Shown: piece after piece, positions 9,371-19,918 of the stretch | How positions within the stretch are numbered: the first letter of the stretch is position 1 | Layout: every line of letters starts with the position of its first letter | Assembly: GCA_023271875.1 (NCBI GenBank) | Contig: JALPWY010000002.1 | Coordinates: forward strand, 1,251 to 65,250 | Length of the DNA: 64,000 nt | From: Nitrospinaceae bacterium | GTDB lineage: Bacteria > Nitrospinota > Nitrospinia > Nitrospinales > VA-1 | Direction: 5' to 3' | Notes under the pieces: generated by a model | Databases searched by the model: none | What the model was told of the DNA's origin: nothing | The model's input: the letters and a program-made list of their open reading frames with translations, nothing else | Program-made: the position numbers and the translations under genes

Positions 9371-10336
9371 ATGAAACCAATCGTAACTGTGACCAATATT
9401 TTTCCTCAAGTTGCCCTAGACAAACTCTCTTCCGAATGTGATCTAAAAATAAATCGAACTTCGCTAACAAAAGAGGAACTTAAGCAGAAGGTCTCGGGAA
9501 GTGATGCCGTCATAAGCTACTTAACGGACAGAATTGATCAAGACATTATCGATCGAGGTACTAAGCTCAAAATTATTGCAAATTATGGAGCTGGTTTTAA
9601 CAATATTGACGTTACTTATGCATCTGAAAGGGGTATATGGGTTACTAATACTCCTAATGTGCTTCATGAAACCACTGCAGATCTTACTTGGGCGATGATT
9701 CTTGGAACTGCGCGTCAGATTGTTTCCGCTGACCGCTATACACGAGAGGGTAAATTTCAGGGTTGGGGAGCTAAACTATTTCTTGGGGGAGATGTATACG
9801 AAAAAACTCTTGGGATTATCGGGCTTGGGGAGATAGGTCGGTCTGTGGCAAGAAGGGCACTCGGATTTAATATGCGAACACTGTATCACCAAAGAAACCT
9901 TTTGCCGAGGGAAGAAGAAAAGAAACTCAATGTTGAGTACGCTACTTTTGAAAAGATTTTGCGAGCATCTGATTTCTTAACTCTTCACGTTCCTCTGACA
10001 GAGGAAACAGAGTATATGATAGGTAACGATGAAATTGCCCTTATGAAGAAAACAGCGTATCTAATTCATACAGCTCGCGGAAAAGTTATCGACGATTATG
10101 CCTTGGTTGCGGCCCTCAGGGAAGGTCGACTGGCAGGGGCCGCTTTGGATGTTTATGAAGACGAACCAGAGCTTACCGAAGGGATGAGAGAACTTGAAAA
10201 CCTAATGATACTTCCTCATATTGGAAGCGCCAGTTTTGAGACACGAGACAAGATGGCCTTGCTGGTAGCCGATAATATTCTCGATGCTCTCGGAGGAAAG
10301 GCCCCTCGTAGTTTGGTTCCAGGTTACCCCAAGTAA
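9371..10336 (+). CDS. D-2-hydroxyacid dehydrogenase (glyoxylate/hydroxypyruvate reductase-like)
   Basis: TNTP, GLGEIG, TARG, DVYEDEP, PHIGSA. Confidence 0.93.
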   Translation: MKPIVTVTNIFPQVALDKLSSECDLKINRTSLTKEELKQKVSGSDAVISYLTDRIDQDIIDRGTKLKIIANYGAGFNNIDVTYASERGIWVTNTPNVLHETTADLTWAMILGTARQIVSADRYTREGKFQGWGAKLFLGGDVYEKTLGIIGLGEIGRSVARRALGFNMRTLYHQRNLLPREEEKKLNVEYATFEKILRASDFLTLHVPLTEETEYMIGNDEIALMKKTAYLIHTARGKVIDDYALVAALREGRLAGAALDVYEDEPELTEGMRELENLMILPHIGSASFETRDKMALLVADNILDALGGKAPRSLVPGYPK

Positions 10337-10347
10337 TTTTTTTTGTT

Positions 10348-12330
10348 TTAATTTAACTCTCTAGGAGGATCCGGATTAAGGCGAGCTTTAAGCTCTTTGA
10401 CATTAACTCTGAGTTGACTGACCACAAATGCTGCCCTTTTTCGGAGTGAATCTCCTGTGGCCGATTTCGCTTCGGCGCCTATTCCTGAAATAATTTTTCG
10501 AATATCGTCAAGTTTGTCTTCTAAATCCTGGCTTCTTTTTTCACTAAAACTCTTTGCTAAAGCTCCTTTGAGTCCACCACCGTCATAATATTTTGTGATT
10601 GCCATCAAGGCACGCTTTCGCGATACGTATTTTTTTCCACCCTCCCAGTCTTGTATTGCCTGTTCTAGTTCATTATCTATATTATCAACAACAGCGTTGT
10701 AATCGACTGGGTCGACCATGTCATGGATTTCTCCAGAAAGAGAAGCAGTTTTAATATCGAAATTAAAAGTTTTGTCTTCGCCATTTAGGTCAGCAGATTT
10801 TAAGTTGGCTTCGACATCTCCGGGAGCTAGGTGAGGTGTCCAGGCTTGCATGATGTAACGGGCACTCTTTACCTCATTGAATTCGTATTTACCTTGTTTG
10901 TCGGGCTGGGTGTAGTAACCGTTGGGGACAACGAAGATAGTACCCACCATATCCTTATGAAGGTTGCATCGCAGGACGATTGGGCCTGGTTGAAGAAGAG
11001 AGACGGTTTTGACCATACCTGAAGACATGGCACCCAGATTAAATTGATTGTTCAGGGATTTAGAATAAATATTATGTACTTCAGTATCTTGATTAGAAAA
11101 CTTAACGATGGAGCCAATCGGAACTATCGTGTGCTTAGGGGAAAACTGTAGGTCGCTTTGATCAACAGTGAGTTCAAGAGTTTTTTGATTTGGTATTTTC
11201 ATCTTTGTTTTTGTTTCCAGGAATATGATCGCATTGGAACCGGGCGGTTTTCCGTTGATGAGCATCGTCCCCTTGACGTGGGTTGTTGCTTTTTTCATCT
11301 TGGACCCCTCGTCCATTTTATGATCTGATCCCTCTGGTTTTGCTTCTTCCGCCTGTGATGTTTTTATAGGAGCAGTATCTATTTTGGCTTCCTTGACCAC
11401 CGGCTCAGGTTTTTTCTCTTCTTCTTTTTTAGGAGGAGTTGGGTTATACCGTCCTAGGGCGGTTAGGAACTGAACGACGAAAGGTTTTTCGAATTGTTTC
11501 TTGTCTATAGCGATGGCTCTTTCAAAGTGTGGTGCGGCTTCTTCAAATTTCTTTTTCAGACTGAGGGCTATTGCTAGGTCGAAGTGACCCCAACCGAAAT
11601 CAGGTCTTAAGTGGGTAACCTTCAAAAGGGACTTGATTTCTTCGTCGTAATTATTTTTTTGTCCATAGGCCTTTCCAAGATAGTACCAGCCCATGTGGTA
11701 AGATGGGCGAAGTTCGACCGTCTTCAGGAATAATTTAATGGCCTCATCAGTAGCTTTCTCTCTAAAGCGCGAGACACCCCAATTGAAGATAATTTCCGCG
11801 TCGTTGGGCGATAGTTCCAGAGCTTTTGCAAAGTGACGGTTGGCGCCTTTATATTTTTCCTGCACTCGAAGTGCAGTGCCCCAAAGCGCAAAAACCTCAG
11901 GTGAATCCGGGCTGATTTTCGCTGCTTTTTCAAATTCCACATCGGCGCTGTTAAATTTCCCATCTTCAATGAGCTGCATTCCTTTTTGGATATGCTCCAG
12001 CGTCTTCCTTGGTAGCTGGTAATCAGCTGGTTTGGGCGCAGGGTTTGGGGTTGAAATATTGGAGAAGTTCGGTCGTGTGGTTTCGGTGAAACGTTCTAAT
12101 TCCGGTTTTACTTTTGCGTCATAGTTGTTTTCAAAATTCGCGGATGTTTTTTGGAATTTGGTATATGGTTCGAGTTTTGTTTCTGGTGTTGAAAAATGCA
12201 TTAGAGACCATAACCCAGCGACTACCACAATTGTCCAGAATGTTGGTTTAATAATTTTTTTACCAACATTTGACAATGTTACGTCATTGATATCGGTGGT
12301 ATTTTTTTGCTTTGGGTTCTTATTTTTCAT
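10348..12330 (-). CDS. Membrane-anchored TPR protein with cupredoxin-like and C-terminal helical domains
   Basis: N-terminal TM helix, about 5 TPRs, K/E/P-rich linker, H(NIYS)...CNLHKDM motif. Confidence 0.8.
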   Translation of the reverse strand: MKNKNPKQKNTTDINDVTLSNVGKKIIKPTFWTIVVVAGLWSLMHFSTPETKLEPYTKFQKTSANFENNYDAKVKPELERFTETTRPNFSNISTPNPAPKPADYQLPRKTLEHIQKGMQLIEDGKFNSADVEFEKAAKISPDSPEVFALWGTALRVQEKYKGANRHFAKALELSPNDAEIIFNWGVSRFREKATDEAIKLFLKTVELRPSYHMGWYYLGKAYGQKNNYDEEIKSLLKVTHLRPDFGWGHFDLAIALSLKKKFEEAAPHFERAIAIDKKQFEKPFVVQFLTALGRYNPTPPKKEEEKKPEPVVKEAKIDTAPIKTSQAEEAKPEGSDHKMDEGSKMKKATTHVKGTMLINGKPPGSNAIIFLETKTKMKIPNQKTLELTVDQSDLQFSPKHTIVPIGSIVKFSNQDTEVHNIYSKSLNNQFNLGAMSSGMVKTVSLLQPGPIVLRCNLHKDMVGTIFVVPNGYYTQPDKQGKYEFNEVKSARYIMQAWTPHLAPGDVEANLKSADLNGEDKTFNFDIKTASLSGEIHDMVDPVDYNAVVDNIDNELEQAIQDWEGGKKYVSRKRALMAITKYYDGGGLKGALAKSFSEKRSQDLEDKLDDIRKIISGIGAEAKSATGDSLRKRAAFVVSQLRVNVKELKARLNPDPPRELN

Positions 12331-12403
12331 CTAGACCGAGCCAAAAGTTTTATGAGGTTATTAAGGTGTTAGAAAGGCTATTCGGTTTGTTTCGTTGTTT
12401 TGT

Positions 12404-12658
12404 TTATTGGTATTCAGAAATATGTCTGGCTGGAGGAATTCTCAAACCATTTTTATTTGGGAGATCATCAAGAGTGACAGGTTTTTGTAAATCGGCGTGA
12501 GGTTTACCTTGAATCTTCGCTGCAAACGAGGAGAATTTATATCGAGTATTTTTAGAACCACACTCAGAACACTCGGATTCCTCTTTGTTAGTATCCGTAG
12601 ACTGCAGTAGGGTGAAATCCATCTGACAATTTTCGCAGAAATATTCGTAGAGAGGCAT
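12404..12658 (-). CDS. FmdB family zinc-ribbon protein
   Basis: MPLYEYFCENC...CSECGS; AAGGA RBS. Confidence 0.88.
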   Translation of the reverse strand: MPLYEYFCENCQMDFTLLQSTDTNKEESECSECGSKNTRYKFSSFAAKIQGKPHADLQKPVTLDDLPNKNGLRIPPARHISEYQ

Positions 12659-12931
12659 AAAGTTTTCCTTGTAGATCGGGACGACTGACCACAATGGGGT
12701 TGAAATCACATGAATATTAAGATTTAATCATAGCTTCAGAGGGTCTGTCAATTTGTTTTGACTGGTTTTACAGGTTATGCACTATCTAAAGTTAGAATGA
12801 ATAGTCAGAAACCGACTCGATATGTTTTCGCATGAGGTTTATGGACTCGCTTTATTAAAGTACCTTCCGAACGCTTTCAGATAGAATTATTAGTCAATAT
12901 ATTCCCTCAAATGATATAGGCAGACACTACG

Positions 12932-14110
12932 ATGAAGACCCTTTCCGCAAAATCACATCTGTCCAGAGAGCTCGTTAGAAGCCTTAGAGGAAAATCAGGA
13001 TACCTGACCAACCAGTCCATTGAGCTTGCCTGTCATGAAGGAATGATACATTCTCGAGTAACCTTGCTGGCATCTCAGTTTCAACCGGTGAGTCTTGATC
13101 TCAGGTTGGGCAACCATGCCTATCGTATTCAGAGTAGTTTTCTGCCGGAAAATGATACCGTGAACATCAAGTTGAACGAGGTAAAACTCTACGATATTGA
13201 TTTGCGAGACGGAGGTATTTTAGAAAAAGGGGCAATTTACCTCATCCCTCTACTAGAAGAACTGGCTTTTCCTGAAAATTTTCAAGGACGCACTAATCCA
13301 AAAAGCTCTACCGGAAGACTGGACATGTTTACCCGTGTGATTGTCGACTATGGGCACAGATTTGACGAAATTCCTAACGGATATAAAGGAAAAATGTATT
13401 TAGAGGTTATTCCTAGGTCATTCCCCGTAAGAGTAAGAGAGGGGCTACAATTGAACCAGTTGCGTATTTTCCAGGGGAACCCGCATCTTTCCGATATACA
13501 ATTAAAAAATCATTATAAAAAAACCCCCATTTTATTTGGTAATGGTGGCAGGTCGGTCGGAGTGGATAAAGTGAAGGTCGACAATGGTTTGTTCATTAGT
13601 TTGGATCTTGCCGGAACGAGAAGGGACCGTATTGTTGCCTACAAGGCAAAAACCAACTCCAGTGTTATTGATATGAGCCTTAACCGCCATTTTCACCCGA
13701 TGGATTTTTGGGAACCGATTACTTTGACTCAGATCAGGAATAAACGGTTGATTCTGGAGCCAGAAAGCTTCTACATAATGATGTCAAAAGAAAAAATTTG
13801 CATCTGGCCTCATTTGCTTGCAGAGATGGTTGCTTATGAACCAAACAGTGGTGAATTGCGTACCCACTATGCTGGTTTTTTTGATCCGGGTTTTGGTTGG
13901 AATGGTGGCAAGGCCTTAAAAAATCAAGGGACTCGTGCCGTCATGGAGGTTCGCCCGCATGATGTTCCTTTCATGGTAGAAGATGGGCAAACCTTTTGTC
14001 GACTTAAATTTGAAAGCGTTATTGAGAAACCTACGAAAGTGTATGGGAAAAAAATCAAATCGAATTACCATTCTCAGGGACTTGCGCTGAGTAAGTATTT
14101 TAAGGAATAA
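12932..14110 (+). CDS. dcd: 2'-deoxycytidine 5'-triphosphate deaminase (long form)
   Basis: QPVSLDLRLG, NPKSSTGRLD, RTHYAGFFDPGFG, EVRPHDVPF. Confidence 0.9.
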   Translation: MKTLSAKSHLSRELVRSLRGKSGYLTNQSIELACHEGMIHSRVTLLASQFQPVSLDLRLGNHAYRIQSSFLPENDTVNIKLNEVKLYDIDLRDGGILEKGAIYLIPLLEELAFPENFQGRTNPKSSTGRLDMFTRVIVDYGHRFDEIPNGYKGKMYLEVIPRSFPVRVREGLQLNQLRIFQGNPHLSDIQLKNHYKKTPILFGNGGRSVGVDKVKVDNGLFISLDLAGTRRDRIVAYKAKTNSSVIDMSLNRHFHPMDFWEPITLTQIRNKRLILEPESFYIMMSKEKICIWPHLLAEMVAYEPNSGELRTHYAGFFDPGFGWNGGKALKNQGTRAVMEVRPHDVPFMVEDGQTFCRLKFESVIEKPTKVYGKKIKSNYHSQGLALSKYFKE

Positions 14111-14222
14111 ATGTTACAAGCCAATTTTTTGTGTTGCCGATTTATTTTTGCAGAGAACAGGTTAAGTAGATAGAATGGCCTTTGGAACTATTTTTTTACG
14201 GTAATTTAAAAGGGAATTACTG

Positions 14223-14891
14223 GTGGAACAAGAAGAAATTAAAGCAATCATTGAGAATATCCTTTTGGCCGCAGACCAACCAGTAAGCGAAACTCAGTTT
14301 AAAAATTTACTTGGTGGTGAAGTCGAAAAAGTTTCCTTTAAATCAGTTTTAGAAGAATTGATAAACGAGTATAGCTCGAGGAACTTGCAGATTCTTCAGG
14401 TCGCAGAGGGGTACCAGTTGTGCACGCGTCATGATTATTCTGATTGGGTTCGCAAGTTCCTGAAATTTGACAAAACGACAAAATTATCTCAGCCTAGTCT
14501 GGATACGCTTGCCATTATAGCTTATAAACAACCCTTGACTAAGGCAGAGGTTGAAGAGATTCGTGGTGTTGACTCGAGTGGTGTGGTCCGAACCTTGCTG
14601 GAAAAAAAAGTTATTTCTCCAGCAGGGCGCAAAAAAGTTCCAGGTCGGCCAATTATGTATCGAACTACACGTAAGTTCCTTGAATATTTCGGATTGAGGG
14701 ACTTGAGTGATTTGCCTACCTTGGAGGATTTTAAGGAGAGCGAGTTAGAGGGCCAGGTCTCCCCAGACCAAACAACACTACCATTTGATGAACTATCTGG
14801 AGATTCCGCTGAGGAAATGGTGGATACGGTTTCTGAGGTAGAAGCTCAGTCAACAGACCCTTCCGATTTTGATTCCTCGAGTGGTTCTTAA
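14223..14891 (+). CDS. scpB: SMC-Scp complex subunit ScpB
   Basis: LDTLAIIAYKQP, IRGVDS, GRP.MY.TT..FL..FGL. Confidence 0.95.
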   Translation: MEQEEIKAIIENILLAADQPVSETQFKNLLGGEVEKVSFKSVLEELINEYSSRNLQILQVAEGYQLCTRHDYSDWVRKFLKFDKTTKLSQPSLDTLAIIAYKQPLTKAEVEEIRGVDSSGVVRTLLEKKVISPAGRKKVPGRPIMYRTTRKFLEYFGLRDLSDLPTLEDFKESELEGQVSPDQTTLPFDELSGDSAEEMVDTVSEVEAQSTDPSDFDSSSGS

Positions 14892-14942
14892 TTAGATACC
14901 AATTATAAAATCTTCACGCTAATTCTTCTTTACCTTAAGTAA

Positions 14943-15737
14943 ATGAAAACCCGCTTGCAAAAAGTAATTGCTGATGCAGGATTAGCCTCACGCCGAGAAG
15001 CTGAACGGTGGATTACGGAAGGTCGTGTGAAGGTCAATGGTAATGTGATTACAAAATTGGGAACAACCGTAGACCCTTTTTTGGACGAGATTCGCGCTCG
15101 TGGAAAATTAATTCCTCGGCCACAGGGAAGAGTATTTATTCTTCTCAACAAGCCCTCAAATTTTCTCACGACAATGGGCGAGGATGAACGTGGGCGTAAA
15201 ACCGTCATGGATTTGATTAAAAATATTCCTGCTCGTATTTTCCCGGTGGGACGGCTTGATTATAATACACAAGGTGCTCTATTACTTAGTAGCGATGGGA
15301 CTTTATCTAAAAAACTACTTGATCCGAAATATAAGGTACCCCGTACTTACTTGGTTAAAGTGAGGGGAGTCCCGGATGAAAAAACTTTGCGTCGCCTTAG
15401 GCGAGGGGTAGGATTGGACAACCAATCAACCATGCCACTAGAGGCTGAAGTTGATCGTGTCAGTGGAAAAAATAGCTTCGTGAAAATTACAATGTTTGAA
15501 GGGAAAAATCGACACGTTAAACGGATTTGTGAGGTTATTGGTCATCCCGTGATAAGATTGAAGCGAACTCACTTTGGGAACATAAGTCTAGTGGGACTTC
15601 CTTTAGGTGCATATAGGTTTTTAGCGCCACGGGAAATTAAATCCTTAGAGTTGCTAGTTACAAAAGAAGCGGAAGAGGGCAAAAGAACGCTGCGACGATC
15701 GATGGCAAGATCAAAACGATTTCAGGCTAAGCCATGA
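14943..15737 (+). CDS. rluB: 23S rRNA pseudouridine synthase (RluB/RsuA family)
   Basis: S4 domain RLQKVIADAGLASRREAE, VGRLD, EGKNRHV; follows scpB. Confidence 0.88.
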   Translation: MKTRLQKVIADAGLASRREAERWITEGRVKVNGNVITKLGTTVDPFLDEIRARGKLIPRPQGRVFILLNKPSNFLTTMGEDERGRKTVMDLIKNIPARIFPVGRLDYNTQGALLLSSDGTLSKKLLDPKYKVPRTYLVKVRGVPDEKTLRRLRRGVGLDNQSTMPLEAEVDRVSGKNSFVKITMFEGKNRHVKRICEVIGHPVIRLKRTHFGNISLVGLPLGAYRFLAPREIKSLELLVTKEAEEGKRTLRRSMARSKRFQAKP

Positions 15738-16726
15738 TATTTAAAGAATTATTTCCAAAGGTTTGTTTTGGAGTAGCTTTGATTTTTATGATACTTGGGA
15801 AAACTTTTATTTCTTTTGCCCAGTTTGATTTTGATACGCCTTACGAGGTAAGCGCGGAAGTTGCGGTGGTGAATAACGATTTTGTTAAAGCTAGAAAAAA
15901 AGCTATCAAAATAGCTTTAAAATCTTCGCTAGAACAGAGCTTACGAGAAATTTTGGGGGATGATGAATTTCAACAAAATTGGCAGGAAATGCAAAGAATG
16001 TTGAAAGTATCTAATAAATATGTGAAATCCTATCGCTTTTTAGAAGCTCATGATGATTCTGTAGAGTTGATGAGTAGTATTAAGCTCGAAGTAAATTTGT
16101 TTCAGGAAGCGATTAGTAAAACCTTAAGCCGAAGGGGAGTTGCGGCAGGATTAGAAGGAATAGAGCAGATTATTATTCTAATTAATGAAAGTAGTTTGAG
16201 TTCTAATGGAGAATCAAATTTTTGGGAAGAAGCGCCGATTTCCGAAATGTTGTTAACTAGAAGTTTTGTAGAGGCAGGCATGCCTGTTGTGAGGAGAAAT
16301 GCTTTGCGTCACGAAATTTCTAAGAAAATGGTAGAGCGCGCAATAGGTGGTAATATTTCAGGCGCAGTGGATATAGGGTCGAAACTAGGAGCAGATATCG
16401 TTGTCATAGGGAAGGCCACCTCCTCTATGGTAGGTAGAAAAGGAGCGAATGAGCAAAAGATTCGAGTTGGGATCAATGTCAAGGTTGTTTCGTCTCGTCA
16501 GTCGATGGTAGTGGCGGCAAAAAGTGATTTTGCTACAGCTTCTGAAAATGAAATTTTTGCAAGTGAACTAGAAGCTTTTCGTCGCGCTGGGAAAAAAATA
16601 ACAAAATTTCTTATTCCCGCCATACAAGAACATTGGACACCGGAATCAAAAAAGAAAGAGGCCCAACGCACAGTTCCCCCAGTTTCTAAAATGGATAACC
16701 CACCGTTGCCTTTTGGTGATCTTTGA
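15734..16726 (+). CDS. Exported hypothetical protein (FlgT N-terminal/CsgG-like folds)
   Basis: Signal-like N-terminus, ARKKAI..AL..SLEQ helix, IG..LGADIVVIG motif. Confidence 0.65.
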   Translation: MIFKELFPKVCFGVALIFMILGKTFISFAQFDFDTPYEVSAEVAVVNNDFVKARKKAIKIALKSSLEQSLREILGDDEFQQNWQEMQRMLKVSNKYVKSYRFLEAHDDSVELMSSIKLEVNLFQEAISKTLSRRGVAAGLEGIEQIIILINESSLSSNGESNFWEEAPISEMLLTRSFVEAGMPVVRRNALRHEISKKMVERAIGGNISGAVDIGSKLGADIVVIGKATSSMVGRKGANEQKIRVGINVKVVSSRQSMVVAAKSDFATASENEIFASELEAFRRAGKKITKFLIPAIQEHWTPESKKKEAQRTVPPVSKMDNPPLPFGDL

Positions 16727-16727
16727 T

Positions 16728-17792
16728 ATGACTCGAGAGAGAAACACGCAAACAATATATTTTGTTATTGTCGGGGTTTTACTGGCCGTAATTTTTTTCT
16801 ACTTTTCTCGCCGTGTGCTCACGCCATTCTTCATCGCCTTTGCTTTGGCATATCTATTGGATCCAGTTACAGATCGATTAGAGTCTTTGAAAATTTCCAG
16901 AACCTTTGCAGTTTTGGTTCTAATGGCAGGAGTTTTTTCTCTTGTCACTGGGATTGGACTTTTGATTTTTCCATTGCTTAAACTACAGGCAGAACATTTG
17001 GTTTTTAACTTGCCCAATTATATTGCGATCATGCAAGAATGGATGTACCCATTATTAGGAGTAGTTGGTGAACCCGAGAAGATACAAGGAATTCTGAATA
17101 GAGAACTTCTAAAGGTCGGAGAACTTCCTCTTAAAGTAATTTCATCGGTCACGTCAATTTTATGGGGTTCGGTAGCAGGTTTGTTTAGTTTTATTTTACT
17201 TTTGGCTAATCTCGTGATTATTCCGGTGGTTATGTTTTACTTGCTTCGAGATTATGATCTGATAAATAAAAAAATGCTCAGTTTTGTTCCTGCAAGATCT
17301 AGGGAACAGGTGCTGCGTTTGATAAAGGAAATAGATGGGGTTCTTGCAGGTTTTGTCAGGGGACAATTAATAGTTGGTTTAATTATGGCGGGGCTTTATA
17401 GTATCGGGTTGTTTTTTTGTGGCACCCCAATGAGTTTGTTTATAGGTTTATTGGCGGGATTAGCTAGTTTGGTACCCTACCTAGGCTTAGTCTTTGGGTT
17501 TGTTCCAGCAGCGATATTAACTTTCATGCAGACTCAGGACTGGGTGCTTGTTTTTGGTGTGGCAGGAGTTTTTGCAGTGGTTCAGGGTTTAGAGGGTATG
17601 ATAATTACTCCGCGTATCGTCGGTGAAAAAATAGGGTTACATCCGGTAGCAATCATATTGGCTGTTTTGTTGGGAGCAGAGTTCTTTGGACTGGTGGGAA
17701 TCATAGTTTCGGTGCCTGTAGCGGCCGCACTCAACGTTCTTTTTACTCATGGGCTCAATGAGTACAAATCCTCTTCATTTTATACCTCTTAA
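16728..17792 (+). CDS. AI-2E family transporter
   Basis: PFFIAFALAYLLDP, FVRGQL, VPYLG, PRIVGEKIGLHP. Confidence 0.92.
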   Translation: MTRERNTQTIYFVIVGVLLAVIFFYFSRRVLTPFFIAFALAYLLDPVTDRLESLKISRTFAVLVLMAGVFSLVTGIGLLIFPLLKLQAEHLVFNLPNYIAIMQEWMYPLLGVVGEPEKIQGILNRELLKVGELPLKVISSVTSILWGSVAGLFSFILLLANLVIIPVVMFYLLRDYDLINKKMLSFVPARSREQVLRLIKEIDGVLAGFVRGQLIVGLIMAGLYSIGLFFCGTPMSLFIGLLAGLASLVPYLGLVFGFVPAAILTFMQTQDWVLVFGVAGVFAVVQGLEGMIITPRIVGEKIGLHPVAIILAVLLGAEFFGLVGIIVSVPVAAALNVLFTHGLNEYKSSSFYTS

Positions 17793-18022
17793 ACAGTACC
17801 GTTGAGATTAATTCCCAAATTTGATTCAAATGTTGGCGAGGTGCTCCATAGTAGGCAGAAAGTTCTGTTCTGAGTTTCGCTGCTACGCCATAATCATAAA
17901 ATCAACTACAAAACAAAGTTTTTGTTAATTTGCCCGTGTTTATTCTAAGTACTTGGTAAAAAATTCTAAAAAGGATACAATTAATCATCAATAAAAATAA
18001 AGCTTATTTCATAGGGTAATTC

Positions 18023-18394
18023 ATGACCATTCGTTCGATCCGTGTTAGTCATATTGTGTTATCGACCAAAGATATAGCTGACTTGTTGCTTGATAATCTC
18101 AAGTCCTGCGAAAGCAATGAACTGATGCTAAAAATGTTTTCTAAATTAGCGAAAAAGTATAGCGCTTGTGGAACCAGTAAAAAGGGCGGTGACCTTGGTT
18201 TTCTGGAATTCAATACAGCCGCTCCGGAGTTGGAAAAAGCTGCTATGCAGGCCCCTGTTGGAAAAGTATCCGGTCCTATTCAAAGTAAGTTCGGCTATCA
18301 TATTTTTGTCATTACTGAAGAAGAAAAAATGATTGACACGGGTATCGATGGTCTTACTGGTACTTCCATTGGTGCAGGAGACGGAACTCTATAA
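18023..18394 (+). CDS. ppiC: Parvulin-type peptidyl-prolyl isomerase
   Basis: SHIV, LAKKYS.C, GGDLG, SKFGYHI. Confidence 0.85.
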   Translation: MTIRSIRVSHIVLSTKDIADLLLDNLKSCESNELMLKMFSKLAKKYSACGTSKKGGDLGFLEFNTAAPELEKAAMQAPVGKVSGPIQSKFGYHIFVITEEEKMIDTGIDGLTGTSIGAGDGTL

Positions 18395-18420
18395 CCCCCC
18401 CTTTGTAATTTCTGGCAATC

Positions 18421-18810
18421 ATGCGTCTTTTAGGGATTCATCACATTGCATTGAATGTTCGTCACCTAGATAGAGCGGAAGGTTTTTATACTGATGTTCT
18501 GGGATTCAAAGTTTTACAAAGATTTTCCAAGGGTTTGCGTCATCTCATGCTAGATGCCGGAAATTCTCAGATTGCTTTGTTTGAAGTACCTGATTTAGAA
18601 ATGCAATTACACATAGAGGAACTTAGCGAAACAGGTTATATGCACTTTGCCTTTAAGATAGAGAAAAAAATGTTTCAATTGGCAGTAAAGAAACTTAGAG
18701 ATCATAATATTGATATTGGTGAGGGACCTGTTCGGCGGGGTGAAGGAGAATCGGTCTACTTCCAAGATTTGGATTGTAACCATCTAGAAATACATTGTGA
18801 TGACGAATAA
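18421..18810 (+). CDS. VOC/glyoxalase family protein
   Basis: IHHIALNV, FYTDVLG, HFAF, YFQDLD.N.LE. Confidence 0.9.
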   Translation: MRLLGIHHIALNVRHLDRAEGFYTDVLGFKVLQRFSKGLRHLMLDAGNSQIALFEVPDLEMQLHIEELSETGYMHFAFKIEKKMFQLAVKKLRDHNIDIGEGPVRRGEGESVYFQDLDCNHLEIHCDDE

Positions 18811-19870
18811 GATTCTTGAAAAAGCGCTCGATGGCGAACGAATCTCCCCTGAAGAAGCAGTCCGATTATTCGAAACCACGGACATGCTTTTGTTGGGAAA
18901 TATTGCTTCACGTATTTCCAGAAAAAAACTAAAAGAGCGAGTTGTAACTTACATTGTTGATCGCAATATAAATTATACAAATATTTGTATCACCGATTGT
19001 GCCTTTTGCGCCTTTTACAGGAAAGAAGATGATAAGGAAGCTTATGTTCACCCTTTTGAAACTATAGCTCAGAAAATAGAAGAAACCATTGCTCTGGGAG
19101 GGAGGCAAATTCTTCTGCAGGGAGGTCATAACATTAATCTGAAAATTGATTATTTTGAAGATTTATTTCGACGTATCAAAGAACGGTTTGACATACATTT
19201 GCACGCACTATCTCCGGCGGAGATAGTGCATACTGCAAAAATTTCGAAACTTACCATAATAGACACTCTTAACAGGTTAAACGATGCCGGGTTGGATAGC
19301 ATTCCTGGTGGCGGAGCTGAGATTTTAGTAGATCGCGTGCGTCAGAAAATAAGCCCGCATAAATGTTCGACCCGAGAATGGCTTGGTGTCATGGATTGTG
19401 CTCATGGTATGAATATACCCACGACTGCTACAATGATGTTTGGGCATGTGGAAGCCGTCGAAGATCGGGTGGAGCACCTTCGACGTATACGAGATCAACA
19501 GGATAAAACTATGGGATTTACTGCCTTTATTCCTTGGCCTTTTCAACCTGGTCGCACAGAGCTTGGTTTGGATCATGATATTAGTTCTCAAGTAACCGGA
19601 CTTGATTATCTGAAAACTTTGGCCATTAGTCGAATATTTTTGGATAATTTTGACAATCTACAATCATCGTGGGTGACTCAGGGGCCTAAGGTAGGGCAAA
19701 TGGCCTTATATTACGGTGCAAACGATATGGGAAGTACCATGTTAGAGGAGAATGTTGTGAGGGCGGCAGGTACTGTTCATTGCCTTAATGAAGAAGATAT
19801 TCGACGGATAATTACTGACAGTGGCTTCAAGCCTCAGCGAAGAAATATGAGATATGAGCGAGTTAATTAG
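18797..19870 (+). CDS. mqnC: Cyclic dehypoxanthinyl futalosine synthase
   Basis: VTYIVDRNINYTNIC...C.FCAF, PGGGAEIL, QSSWVTQG, GANDMGSTMLEENVV. Confidence 0.92.
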   Translation: MMTNKILEKALDGERISPEEAVRLFETTDMLLLGNIASRISRKKLKERVVTYIVDRNINYTNICITDCAFCAFYRKEDDKEAYVHPFETIAQKIEETIALGGRQILLQGGHNINLKIDYFEDLFRRIKERFDIHLHALSPAEIVHTAKISKLTIIDTLNRLNDAGLDSIPGGGAEILVDRVRQKISPHKCSTREWLGVMDCAHGMNIPTTATMMFGHVEAVEDRVEHLRRIRDQQDKTMGFTAFIPWPFQPGRTELGLDHDISSQVTGLDYLKTLAISRIFLDNFDNLQSSWVTQGPKVGQMALYYGANDMGSTMLEENVVRAAGTVHCLNEEDIRRIITDSGFKPQRRNMRYERVN

Positions 19871-19918
19871 TAATTTCTATAAAATAGGCCGGATTTCCTA
19901 CATATGCAACTGAGTGAA

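Noticed and set aside
9300-9470. N-terminal extension of the radical SAM ORF
   Set aside because: It overlaps the divergent dehydrogenase; the family-typical start MKILFL is at 9299.
12710-12931. Possible riboswitch or leader peptide upstream of dcd
   Set aside because: It is a divergent promoter region, and I could not recognise an aptamer or a terminator/antiterminator pair.
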